From IMG/VR virus record IMGVR_UViG_3300005066_000001: a DNA stretch of 64,000 bases; one strand, given 5' to 3'. Source of the DNA: a virus. Shown one piece after another: positions 10,075 through 18,400 of this stretch. A program made the position numbers and the translations under genes. How positions within the stretch are numbered: the stretch's first letter is position 1; every line of letters begins with the position of its first letter. The notes beneath the pieces are model-generated. The model did no database searches. It was not told the DNA's origin and worked only from the letters and a program-made list of their open reading frames with translations.

Positions 10075-11622
10075 TTACACTGTGGTTTGAGCGTTATTTG
10101 ATACCGAGCTATCCGAGTCTGACACTCCATCGCCAGTGCCATTGTTCATTCCTGACTCCATACCATCACCTGCTCTTGTGGTAGGTTTACCAACAAGCTC
10201 CAGAATCTCCTCTGGGGTTTCATCTGTAATCTTCCAATCAACACCGATGATATGTAGAATGTGATTAATGACTTCCTTATTACGTGGGATAAAACCTGTG
10301 GCACCCATACGTTGAATTGCAGCAGAGAATGTGTTAAGGTCAGTTTCTTCAATTTCTCCTGCTTCGAATCTTGGCATATCTTCATCTTCAAGATAAATGC
10401 TATTCAATGCAAGAAGTTGAGGAATTAAATTAACATTAATTTGTTCACAGATGGTATCAACATCTCTTTCTACGTAATGTGCATGTAACGATTGCTTACC
10501 TTCACTTAGTGCATAGGAACCAACTCCATCGTTGCCTAAGTTTAGAAAACCTGCACCAAGGCAGTCAAGGATTGCTTTGTGGCGGACATTAATCAACTCA
10601 GTAGTGGAGAATTGTTTACCTGCACCTTCAACACCTTTCAGTGTCATCTTATAAAGTTCATGGCCTGCTTCTACATCAGAAGGCAACATGAAAAACGCTT
10701 GTTCACCAGCATGGGCGTTAGCAGCATCGCGCATCAGCCCTGTGACGAAATCAGCTTCTGCCGAAGATGGATCCAAAGCAGCTTTGTTCAGAACGTCTGA
10801 GGGAATTTTAAGCTCGATTACACCACCTAAATCTCTAGCAGCCCCAATAACTTCATAGTTTTGAATAAGGATCTTTTCTCGCCATGCTTTATAGCACCCC
10901 ATCAGGGGAGATTCGCCAAAAGGATTGGATTCAGTTGCATTATAGGCAAAGATAAGGCATTTGTTGACAGGGATTTCAATTTTACCACGATCACTTAAAT
11001 CAGGATAAAACATTTGCATTACACCAGAACTATTTTTAAAATAGCTTGGGTTTTGGTTAATGCTTCTTATCTCTTTTCCGCCATCAATAAATGTAAACGG
11101 CTCACTTGAATCAAGGGAAGCTTGTGGCCTAGATGCTAGTTTTTTAATTTTGTATTTGCCAGCATATTTACCTTCATTAATTAAAGTAAACACTTTCTCA
11201 AGAATACTGAAACCATATTCATTGAATGTAGCTGCACTTCTTGCCATTTGACGCACAGTCCCAGAATCCATATTCTTTAGGCACCAAGTTACAAAATCAG
11301 CAGCCTCTTTAGACTTAGCAGAGCCTTGCTTAGGGACTACTCTCCATGTATTAAACGCTTTTTCAATAAACATGTATTTTATATTGAGCCCCTGTGCTAC
11401 CGACTCATCTTGTTTCATTGAATAATACGTTTTAACACAATGAGGCCATTTAAGTTCTCTTGGAGCCATTGACTCTGAATCTAAATGGATTTGAGAAAGA
11501 GCTAATGTCCCCATTTCTGACATACGAAGCCTAGAGGTGGAGACATTACTATTACCAGCTTTTTCAATTGGGTTTTTACGTGGCCTTCCTCGTTTTCTTG
11601 GTTGGTCAGGTTGTGTTGACAT
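10075..11622 (-). CDS. portal protein
   Basis: 515-aa ORF immediately downstream of the terminase large subunit. Basic N-terminus (RKRGRPRKNP), size and position typical of portals. Confidence 0.5.
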   Translation of the reverse strand: MSTQPDQPRKRGRPRKNPIEKAGNSNVSTSRLRMSEMGTLALSQIHLDSESMAPRELKWPHCVKTYYSMKQDESVAQGLNIKYMFIEKAFNTWRVVPKQGSAKSKEAADFVTWCLKNMDSGTVRQMARSAATFNEYGFSILEKVFTLINEGKYAGKYKIKKLASRPQASLDSSEPFTFIDGGKEIRSINQNPSYFKNSSGVMQMFYPDLSDRGKIEIPVNKCLIFAYNATESNPFGESPLMGCYKAWREKILIQNYEVIGAARDLGGVIELKIPSDVLNKAALDPSSAEADFVTGLMRDAANAHAGEQAFFMLPSDVEAGHELYKMTLKGVEGAGKQFSTTELINVRHKAILDCLGAGFLNLGNDGVGSYALSEGKQSLHAHYVERDVDTICEQINVNLIPQLLALNSIYLEDEDMPRFEAGEIEETDLNTFSAAIQRMGATGFIPRNKEVINHILHIIGVDWKITDETPEEILELVGKPTTRAGDGMESGMNNGTGDGVSDSDSSVSNNAQTTV

Positions 11623-11652
11623 TAAATCTCCGTCATGTTATATTTACATAGT

Positions 11653-12786
11653 CTAATACGATTTATTATGATAGAATGCGGCTGTTGGTGCATTGAATCG
11701 CGGCATTGTTGGTGCTTTATGAATTTTCTTTGTTGCTAAAAACGAAAAGACTGAAGCACAGGCATCAGGCCAATCATCTTTTCTGTCTGCTGTAGATCTC
11801 TCTCCATCAAAACTTTCAAGTTCTTTATAGAAAGCTGCAAGTGTTGCTGGTTCAAAAGTGTCTTCTACAATAGAAACCAAACCATTTTGACAAGCAGAGC
11901 TGAACGCTTCAAATCGTTTAAGTTTAGATTTGTTGGAGGGGTTAGGGTCTTCTTTTACAATAAACCCCTCATTAGTGAACATCTTAGCCATCTCGTTAAA
12001 CGCAAATGCACCAGCTTGTCCTGGATCTTTAGGAAGAACCACAATAGTGTCTGAGCCATCGTGTTTGGCTTGTAACAACATCCACGTATCACGAACACCG
12101 GGACGTTTTCTAAACCTACCATTCTGTCTAGTCAATTCATCAAAAGTTTCTTGAATATAATCACCAACAATAATATAAGTATCTTGGTTTGTTTTTAACA
12201 TTTTGATACTTGCGGTATAGTCAGGATATCTATTCTTATCAGATGGTTCAGCAGAAGCTAAGTCCCATCCTCGTGCTTCTGTGCAATTCAAAGGTACTTT
12301 GTCCAGCTTATTTAACCAACTGCGTTGGAAATAATTAGAACCTTCTGGGCGAGCATACCAGTTACCGTCCAATAGTCTGGCGCGGTTAATTGGTGACTGA
12401 GCTTTCAGTGCAGACAAATACTTTGGGTTAGATTTTATTAGTGCTGGGTTATCGAAGATAGTCCCGCTGATAAAAGTAAATGACATAGGAGGAATATAAA
12501 TCCTTTCACCATCATTTTCTTGATAACAAATATCAGGGTACGCTTCTGCTAACTCTTCCTCTGTATTAGCAAAAATAGGTTTATCATCAACAATAACGAA
12601 GTACCTAATAACTCCGTCTTTACTCTGGTCTGGATAGCCTTCTGGATCCAAATACCACTCAACGAACGAAAGCACCCAACTGTCCGGTGATGGGTTACAA
12701 GTCCCCATACAGAAGCTATCGCACTCCGCTTCAGAACGGAGACGTCCTATAAGGTATAAAAATTGAGATTGTGAGAAATGTGTCAA
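11653..12786 (-). CDS. terL: terminase large subunit, C-terminal exon (ATPase motif III plus nuclease domain)
   Basis: Contains GTCNPSPDSWVLSFVEW, which resembles the T4 gp17 TTPNG...HFYDIW ATPase coupling motif. An RNase-H-like nuclease region follows. The frame is closed by TGA at 12793-12795, so the N-terminal part is encoded elsewhere (14053-14421). Confidence 0.7.
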   Translation of the reverse strand: MTHFSQSQFLYLIGRLRSEAECDSFCMGTCNPSPDSWVLSFVEWYLDPEGYPDQSKDGVIRYFVIVDDKPIFANTEEELAEAYPDICYQENDGERIYIPPMSFTFISGTIFDNPALIKSNPKYLSALKAQSPINRARLLDGNWYARPEGSNYFQRSWLNKLDKVPLNCTEARGWDLASAEPSDKNRYPDYTASIKMLKTNQDTYIIVGDYIQETFDELTRQNGRFRKRPGVRDTWMLLQAKHDGSDTIVVLPKDPGQAGAFAFNEMAKMFTNEGFIVKEDPNPSNKSKLKRFEAFSSACQNGLVSIVEDTFEPATLAAFYKELESFDGERSTADRKDDWPDACASVFSFLATKKIHKAPTMPRFNAPTAAFYHNKSY

Positions 12787-12820
12787 TTGTGTTCACAGAG
12801 GTTCGCAACACCTCTCCCGC

Positions 12821-12975
12821 ATCATTACATGCTGCTCTATATTACTATAGAAGTTCAGATCATATCATCACCTGTTATGGTGCTTTGCGCTTCGGAGTAC
12901 CATTGGCTTGTACCCTACTCTACTTGCTTCTTCATTTACAATTAAGTAAACTATGCTTTCGATGATCGTTGCTCT
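12821..12975. repeat. intron structural module, copy A (~150 nt; paralog at 13141-13268)
   Basis: Shared blocks CTATATTACTATAGAAGTT[CG]AGA[TC]CATATCATCA, GCGCTTCGG and [AG]TCGTTGCTCTT are seen in both copies. Confidence 0.6.
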
Positions 12976-12989
12976 TTCCTTATTTATGA

Positions 12990-13085
12990 TAAGGCTTAGA
13001 TCAGGATTGTCCTCAACTTAATGGTCGGAGTTTCCCTGAGTTCACAAAGTTTATTGAGCTCAACATTCTAAGCTCATCGAAACCC
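12990..13085. repeat. intron structural module X (paralog at 13955-14050)
   Basis: AGATCAGGATTG[TC]CCTCAA[CT]TTAATG[GA]T[CT]GG[AG]GT[TC]CCCTGA[GA]TTCAC is shared with 13955-14050. Confidence 0.55.
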
Positions 13086-13140
13086 ACAAAAGAATATTGC
13101 AGACCCTGCATCGATCTTCAATGTAGTTCGTTAAACCACA

Positions 13141-13268
13141 CCAGCAGCATTACCTGCATCTCTATATTACTATAGAAGTTGAGACCATATCATCATCCTG
13201 CAATAATTACAGGATGGATAGCGCTTCGGGATACTTACCCCTACTTCCTCTCGGAATGGTCGTTGCTC
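13141..13268. repeat. intron structural module, copy B
   Basis: Paralog of 12821-12975; lies directly downstream (on the minus strand) of the HNH ORF stop codon. Confidence 0.6.
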
Positions 13269-13931
13269 TTAATTAAATTTGTAATTTTTTGAAATTTCTG
13301 TGAAGTATATCCGGCGTTTTATACAAGAAATAGACCTTTTATTAGCATTGGTAATCTCTTCTATTTCTGCATAACTTCTACCTTCTTGAAGTAATTCACA
13401 GATATTGATCACTGTTTCTACGCTTATTCTCTGGTCCCTCTTTACTACAGAGAAGTCATATTCATCAGAAATATAATTATATGATTTTTTGTTTTTTATT
13501 TCAGAAACTGTGTATTTAGGAACACCAAACATGTTAGATATATCACTATTTCTAAATCCATCACAAATTTTAGAACAAATTGCGTGAACTTGTTCATCGG
13601 TCAGCAGTGCGTTGTTTCTTAACCCTGTCCTCTCTGCGTGAACACAATTTTCAGAAGGCGTTACCCACTCTAAGTTCTCTACAGTATTATTTAATTTATT
13701 TCCGTCTTTATGATTAACTTCTTTTTTATTCTCTGGATTTTCAATAAAAGCTGTAGCTACCAAGCGATGAACTGAAAATTTATGTTTTTTCCCGTTTTCA
13801 TAACACTCTATGTACTGGTATCCTGCTGTGTCTGAGAATGGTTTTAAAAATCTGTTAGATTTTAAACTAAATATTTTACCTTCCCGTGATACGCAATAGT
13901 TTGGCTGGTCAACAAAAATCATATTTTTCAT
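13269..13931 (-). CDS. HNH homing endonuclease (intron-encoded)
   Basis: 220-aa ORF with a canonical HNH core (HRLVATAFIENP...VNHKDGNKLNNTVENLEWVTPSENCVHA). C-terminal region resembles DNA-binding modules of intron endonucleases. Embedded in the terL intervening sequence. Confidence 0.85.
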   Translation of the reverse strand: MKNMIFVDQPNYCVSREGKIFSLKSNRFLKPFSDTAGYQYIECYENGKKHKFSVHRLVATAFIENPENKKEVNHKDGNKLNNTVENLEWVTPSENCVHAERTGLRNNALLTDEQVHAICSKICDGFRNSDISNMFGVPKYTVSEIKNKKSYNYISDEYDFSVVKRDQRISVETVINICELLQEGRSYAEIEEITNANKRSISCIKRRIYFTEISKNYKFN

Positions 13932-13954
13932 TACAAATCTCCTACTATTTTCGG

Positions 13955-14050
13955 AATAATATTAAGATCAGGATTGCCCTCAATTTAATGATTGGGTGTC
14001 CCCTGAATTCACTATCTTATCATTTACATGTTACCATGTAAGGCCACCAG
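13955..14050. repeat. intron structural module X' (5' part of the HNH-containing intron)
   Basis: Paralog of 12990-13085; lies immediately 3' of terL exon 1 on the minus strand. Confidence 0.55.
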
Positions 14051-14052
14051 AA

Positions 14053-14421
14053 TTAATGGTTGGCTTCTGCTGTATCTTCGTGCTCTAAGTGGGTGTATTT
14101 AAGGTTCCCACCACCTGTTCCTTCGAAAATAATCTCCATGTCTTTTTCACGGATTCTTGGATTAAGTGGTCTGAAAAGTTTCTTGCTTTCTGTAAACAAT
14201 CCGCCAGCACCTTTAAGGGGGCCAGTTGTTCTTCGAAACATTACACCTTCAAAATTAGGATCTTGATATGCGTGTTTTAATGCTTTTATTAAAAGAAGTC
14301 TCGACTTGCCGCTACCTGCGGCACCGCCGTATATCATTACATCTACTTTTGTATCAAAAGCTTTTCGTTGTTTTCCCTCTTGAGGGGCTAAGTTAACAAC
14401 ATTATTTTGTTTAGTTGCCAA
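14053..14421 (-). CDS. terL: terminase large subunit, N-terminal exon (Walker A ATPase)
   Basis: 122-aa ORF with Walker A (YGGAAGSGKS) directly downstream of the terS-like gene. The frame runs into a stop inside the insertion, as expected for exon 1 reading into an intron. Confidence 0.75.
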   Translation of the reverse strand: MATKQNNVVNLAPQEGKQRKAFDTKVDVMIYGGAAGSGKSRLLLIKALKHAYQDPNFEGVMFRRTTGPLKGAGGLFTESKKLFRPLNPRIREKDMEIIFEGTGGGNLKYTHLEHEDTAEANH

Positions 14422-14769
14422 TTAACCTCCAAAATTAACTACAATACCTTTCTCTTGTTCATTTTCTTCAATTTTATCTTCGGTTACTTCAACAGATTCT
14501 TCCAACTCTGCTGCTTCAGACTCGATTAGTTGTTTGTGAAGTTCACTGCTGAGTTCCAATATGATCTTCGCATTACCAGCCCTGACTTGTGAAGGTGAAG
14601 ATTTATCCATCATAAGTGAATAAATAGTCTCTATTGCGTCTACACTAACTTCAATAATCCTACTTTTTAATTTAAACTGTTGACGTTCTGAATCAATCAG
14701 TAACTTGTCCTCAGAACGAGGACGACCTCTCCCACGTTTTTTAGGTTTATTTAATGGTGTTGTACTCAT
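14422..14769 (-). CDS. terS: terminase small subunit (putative)
   Basis: 115-aa protein with a basic N-terminus (KPKKRGRGRPRSEDK) and an acidic C-terminus. Its stop abuts the terL start (ATG at 14421). Confidence 0.45.
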   Translation of the reverse strand: MSTTPLNKPKKRGRGRPRSEDKLLIDSERQQFKLKSRIIEVSVDAIETIYSLMMDKSSPSQVRAGNAKIILELSSELHKQLIESEAAELEESVEVTEDKIEENEQEKGIVVNFGG

Positions 14770-14924
14770 GCTTATTTCCTTTTATAAATACAAAAGGAGG
14801 AATCAACAAACGTCAATTCCTCTGATTAACTATAAACAATATTAACATAAAAACATTAAAAAATCAAGTTAATTCGTAAACTCTTGAAATCCCTAAGTTT
14901 TATTTTAATAATTAAATTTAAGTA

Positions 14925-15350
14925 TTATAAACTACTAACTTCTCCTGTTTCTCTATTAATAACAAAACCATATTTTGCAAAGATAGCATCCATTTCTTCA
15001 TCTGTGCTAGGTTCTCTGTTAACCTGTTCTAGATAATCTTGCCAACGTTCTTCAAGAAACACATCAGGTGTGTCCTCGAACTTCTTATGAGCTTCTTGAC
15101 AGATTTCACAATTACAATATGGATGCAAGGAATCTTGGTACATCCTATATTTCAAATCTTCTTTAAATTCTTGTTCTGTTTCAATTTTATTTTCTGGTTG
15201 TTTAGTTCGTAATGTTCTCCGTTGTTTTGTCAATTTATTTGTCCTTCTTTTTCTTGACTCTTCTATTGTCATAAACACACCTGTCCTTTCTTCTTTTGTA
15301 AAAGGACTTTTAACTTCTCTGAGTTGTTTTGTCAATTTATTCATACTCAC
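14925..15350 (-). CDS. hypothetical protein (CxxC/HxxC containing)
   Basis: 141-aa ORF; a YCNCEICQEAH zinc-binding-like motif is present. Confidence 0.4.
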   Translation of the reverse strand: MSMNKLTKQLREVKSPFTKEERTGVFMTIEESRKRRTNKLTKQRRTLRTKQPENKIETEQEFKEDLKYRMYQDSLHPYCNCEICQEAHKKFEDTPDVFLEERWQDYLEQVNREPSTDEEMDAIFAKYGFVINRETGEVSSL

Positions 15351-15481
15351 TTACTTAGATACTTTGTCAGTACAAGACATAAGGCAGCTGATGAAAGTAC
15401 AATAGCAGATGCTATATGTTCTCCATGACTTGAAAGTACACAAACTACCGGTATTTGTATTGCTACTACTAAGTAGCCCAT

Positions 15482-15910
15482 TTACTTCTCCTTATAATCT
15501 TCAAAGATCTGTTTCATATGTTTTACTCTAGCCTCTTTAGTGTAACCTAACACCTCTACGCCTTCTACTGATTTTGACAATTCAATAGCTGATTCAATCT
15601 TTGTTGTATCATAATTTATAATCCATTCACAAAATTCTTCTGGTGTTTTAATATGTTCAGGAACCACAATAGGATTCTCATGAGCATTCTTGATTCTCCT
15701 GTCCATTTCTTCAATGTCATAATAGAAACCTGAATCTTCTTCAAGATCATCTTCATAAACTTCTACATGGCTCTTCCAGAACTCTTTGTGGTTGCTTCCA
15801 TCGCTATGTAACCTCATACTGCAAACAGGGCACTTCTCATAGTACACCCATCCTCCATTTAGATAAATAAAATTATCAAATTGTTCATTTTTAATTTTAC
15901 AATAGATCAT
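15482..15910 (-). CDS. hypothetical protein
   Basis: 142-aa ORF; CPVCSMRLHSDGSNH putative zinc ribbon. Confidence 0.4.
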   Translation of the reverse strand: MIYCKIKNEQFDNFIYLNGGWVYYEKCPVCSMRLHSDGSNHKEFWKSHVEVYEDDLEEDSGFYYDIEEMDRRIKNAHENPIVVPEHIKTPEEFCEWIINYDTTKIESAIELSKSVEGVEVLGYTKEARVKHMKQIFEDYKEK

Positions 15911-16202
15911 TTATATTGTCCTTGGTGGAATGTGTACTAACAACTTGATTCTCTCCCCAATGTCTAATCTGCTCTTGTGTCATTTCTTCAGGACAGAACT
16001 CTAGCATCAGTGCATCAATTTTAGCTTGTAATGCACAATTGCGTTTAGCAAGGTCAATGATAGTTTCATTGCTTTTTCTTGTTGCAAACTGAACCCCTGC
16101 CCTAAATGTGTCACTCAGTTGGCTAGGCTTTCCAATAGGCAATCTATGTAACTCAAGTCCTTCTCGTTCCCACTCTGTCAACTCAATCTTGTGCATACTC
16201 AT
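15897..16202 (-). CDS. hypothetical protein
   Basis: 101-aa ORF overlapping the downstream gene start. Confidence 0.4.
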   Translation of the reverse strand: MSMHKIELTEWEREGLELHRLPIGKPSQLSDTFRAGVQFATRKSNETIIDLAKRNCALQAKIDALMLEFCPEEMTQEQIRHWGENQVVSTHSTKDNINDLL

Positions 16203-16216
16203 AGTAATCTCCTTGA

Positions 16217-16591
16217 TTATTCGCTACAACTGATTAATACCTTTTCAAGCACATCAATATACCCGTCTTGCTGTTGTGTCAGTTTATCAAGTTTACGCAC
16301 CTTTACAACAGGGTTATCGCTTTTCTTGATACTGATAGTAACATAATCTGTTCTGACAGGCAAATCCTTTTTATCAAGACAAGGCATGTAAACTGGTACT
16401 TTTACTTCCTGAATTACAACCTTGACAGCAGGTTCGGGCTTAGATGAACATCCTGATAAAATTAACAAAGCAAGTAGCAAAACAATAACAATATTAACTG
16501 GTGTCAATAGATACCTAATCCATGCACCTATACCATTTAAAATTTCAACTAAGTCTCTCATGTTTTTATTCCTTATAAAAGTAACCAACAC
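16217..16591 (-). CDS. outer-membrane spanin (o-spanin lipoprotein)
   Basis: Signal peptide ending in the lipobox LLILSGC|SS, followed by a short Pro-rich periplasmic segment. Lies immediately downstream of the i-spanin-like gene. Confidence 0.5.
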   Translation of the reverse strand: MLVTFIRNKNMRDLVEILNGIGAWIRYLLTPVNIVIVLLLALLILSGCSSKPEPAVKVVIQEVKVPVYMPCLDKKDLPVRTDYVTISIKKSDNPVVKVRKLDKLTQQQDGYIDVLEKVLISCSE

Positions 16592-16656
16592 TACACTTTT
16601 TGTATGTAAACTAATAATATTTAATTAAAGGTGTAACATTGTACACCATAATAAAA

Positions 16657-17061
16657 CTACTCTCCAATCTTTGATAGTTCTCTTAGAGTATCAACGCACT
16701 CATCCTTTGTCAATCCCTCTTTTGAATTGATGTACTCTTCCAGATTTTGATTTGCCAACTCGGCTTTTTGCTTTTCATTGTCAAGTAGCTCTTTCAATGA
16801 TTCTTGTTTTTCTTTTGATTTGTCGGACAGCTCTTTCAACTTAACATTCTGCTCAGTTAATTTAATCTGAAGTTGGTCTATAGAAGCATTGCTAACTTTA
16901 AGGCGTTCTTCAACATGAACATTCTTCTGCTCTGCAAGAGCTAGTTCTGACTCAAGAATACTGTTACTAACATTCAGATAAAATATTGTAGCAATCAAGA
17001 TTACAATCAAAGATTGAACCCAATATTTTTTAACAAATTCAAGTACAAGTTTTAGTTCCAT
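16657..17061 (-). CDS. inner-membrane spanin (i-spanin, Rz-like)
   Basis: N-terminal transmembrane helix (WVQSLIVILIATIFYL) followed by a long charged coiled coil. This is the classic i-spanin architecture, upstream of a lipoprotein gene. Confidence 0.55.
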   Translation of the reverse strand: MELKLVLEFVKKYWVQSLIVILIATIFYLNVSNSILESELALAEQKNVHVEERLKVSNASIDQLQIKLTEQNVKLKELSDKSKEKQESLKELLDNEKQKAELANQNLEEYINSKEGLTKDECVDTLRELSKIGE

Positions 17062-17144
17062 ATGTTTTCCTTTTGTTGTGGATAAAATAAAAGCCCCGAA
17101 TCACGAGGAAACGAGGAAACGAGGCTTGTTGGTTAAATTTAAAT

Positions 17145-17219
17145 TGGCACAGGTACAGCGATTTGAACGCTGACAATCTTTTTAGAAGAAAGATATGCTA
17201 TCCATTACATCATACCTGC
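17145..17219 (-). tRNA. tRNA-Arg (anticodon TCT)
   Basis: Manual cloverleaf, 75 nt: acceptor GCAGGTA/TACCTGT (G1-U wobble); D-loop with GG; anticodon arm TCTTT-CTTCTAA-AAAGA; T-arm CAGCG-TTCAAAT-CGCTG; discriminator G and an encoded CCA. Confidence 0.65.
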
Positions 17220-17228
17220 AAGTTAATT

Positions 17229-17303
17229 TGGTGGGCCTAGATGGAATCCAACCATCCTTGAACCAGTTATGAGCTGGCTGCATTCGCAGACTGCCATAGG
17301 CCC
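17229..17303 (-). tRNA. tRNA-Met-like (anticodon CAT), atypical D- and T-loops
   Basis: Manual fold, 75 nt: acceptor GGGCCTA/TAGGCCC plus A plus CCA; anticodon arm GCCAG-CTCATAA-CTGGT; T-arm GATGG-TTGGATT-CCATC. T-loop has G at the usual C56 position and the D-loop lacks GG. Could be an initiator/elongator Met or an Ile(lysidine) tRNA. Confidence 0.5.
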
Positions 17304-17325
17304 TGTAAATCTTTAAAATACTTAG

Positions 17326-17408
17326 TGTTGGATGTGAGACTCGAACTCACGATGAGGTTTCCCTGCTGGATTACAAAACCAGTCGTATCGCCACTAACGG
17401 AATCCAAC
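17326..17408 (-). tRNA. tRNA (83 nt, long variable arm; anticodon uncertain, UGU if the loop is canonical)
   Basis: Acceptor GTTGGAT/ATCCAAC; T-arm GTGAG-TTCGAGT-CTCAC; D-loop TAGTGGCGAT; variable hairpin AGG-GAAA-CCT; anticodon region CTGGT-TTTGTAA-TCCAG with a U-U mismatch at 31-39. No encoded CCA. Confidence 0.4.
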
Positions 17409-17543
17409 ACTAAATACTCTAAAGAAGTCTCTCTTTTATCTTGCAGAGACCAACAAGAACCTATTCTTATCAAGTTCATAGGATTTTAAAACCTATGTAA
17501 TTATCTTATCAAAGAAACCTAAAAGAGTCAATACTTAAAACGA

Positions 17544-17978
17544 TTAGTACCACAAATTCTCATAGTATTTTGCGAATAACACTCTTCCTTCTTCACACTT
17601 CTTGTTATGTTCTTCAAGAGCATCATAATAACGTTCTCTTTCTTCTTCATTATCGTACTTCAAAAAGATTTGTGTTGACCCGTTAGTCTTTGTCTCTTTA
17701 CGTTCCATTTCAATTTTGAATTTGAAATCTCGGATATCTGGTATATTAGTCTTATCAAAAGCATAAATCATCTTATCGATAACACCGTGCCATTCTGCAA
17801 CATCTTCATCTGTTATGGCTGACCCTTTGACAAATGATGATGGAACCACTGAAAATTGTGAACTAGTAATTGTTTCTTTAAACTTGACCAAACCAGCAAG
17901 AATAATCTGAGATAGTGTATAATCTAAATCCCAAACATCACGACGACTTGCAACCCACTTACCTTTTGACTTGCGCAT
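17544..17978 (-). CDS. hypothetical protein
   Basis: 144-aa ORF with good coding statistics; no motif recognised. Confidence 0.4.
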   Translation of the reverse strand: MRKSKGKWVASRRDVWDLDYTLSQIILAGLVKFKETITSSQFSVVPSSFVKGSAITDEDVAEWHGVIDKMIYAFDKTNIPDIRDFKFKIEMERKETKTNGSTQIFLKYDNEEERERYYDALEEHNKKCEEGRVLFAKYYENLWY

Positions 17979-17988
17979 ACAATACCCC

Positions 17989-18396
17989 TTACTTATATTT
18001 CTTCTTCAGATTAACGGCTTGCTGTTCAATCTGTTGGCAAAAACTTTTCAACATTTCATGAACAATCGGATTATTTTTATCAGGAGAATCATTATAAACC
18101 TGAACTCCATTATTGACAAGTTGTTTGTACTTTTGTTCTACAATAATTTGTTTTCCATTGGTTTCGGGCCTATCAAGAGCATAGATGTGATTAACAGTAG
18201 AATAAAACAGTTCTGAATTATCATTAGAAATCAACCCAATAGCAGAACAGTAATCTCGTTTGCTAGAAACCTCTGTTAGAACTTGTAGTTCCTGCCATGT
18301 GACTTCTTTACGGAATGATTGATAATAAGTATAACCACCAACCACACAAACCAAAAGAATTATATATACTACGATTGCTAAAATTTTATTTTTCAT
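17989..18396 (-). CDS. hypothetical membrane-anchored protein
   Basis: 135 aa; N-terminal transmembrane helix (ILAIVVYIILLVCVVGGY). Confidence 0.4.
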   Translation of the reverse strand: MKNKILAIVVYIILLVCVVGGYTYYQSFRKEVTWQELQVLTEVSSKRDYCSAIGLISNDNSELFYSTVNHIYALDRPETNGKQIIVEQKYKQLVNNGVQVYNDSPDKNNPIVHEMLKSFCQQIEQQAVNLKKKYK

Positions 18397-18400
18397 TTAT

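Larger units (their letters stand above)
12787..14052 (-). mobile_element. intervening sequence in terL: probable group I intron(s) carrying an HNH homing endonuclease gene
   Basis: 1266 nt separate the Walker-A exon from the motif-III/nuclease exon. The intervening sequence has in-frame stops, which rules out an intein. It contains GC-richer structured elements with UUCG/GNRA-like loops (GCGCTTCGGAGTAC / GCGCTTCGGGATAC) and a free-standing HNH ORF with its own RBS (AGGAGATTTGTAATG). Confidence 0.6.

Noticed and set aside
12787-14052. Intein as the explanation for the split terminase
   Set aside because: The intervening sequence contains stop codons in the exon frame: TAA directly after exon 1, and TGA at 12793-12795 before exon 2. 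The HNH ORF is in its own frame with its own RBS. Protein splicing is impossible; an RNA intron is the consistent explanation.
17100-17135. ACGAGGAA tandem repeat as a CRISPR-like or iteron array
   Set aside because: There are only about 2.7 copies of an 8-mer with no spacers. It is kept only as a note within the tRNA-cluster finding.
17267-17479. 70-aa minus-strand ORF at 17267-17479
   Set aside because: It overlaps two well-formed tRNA genes, so it is spurious.
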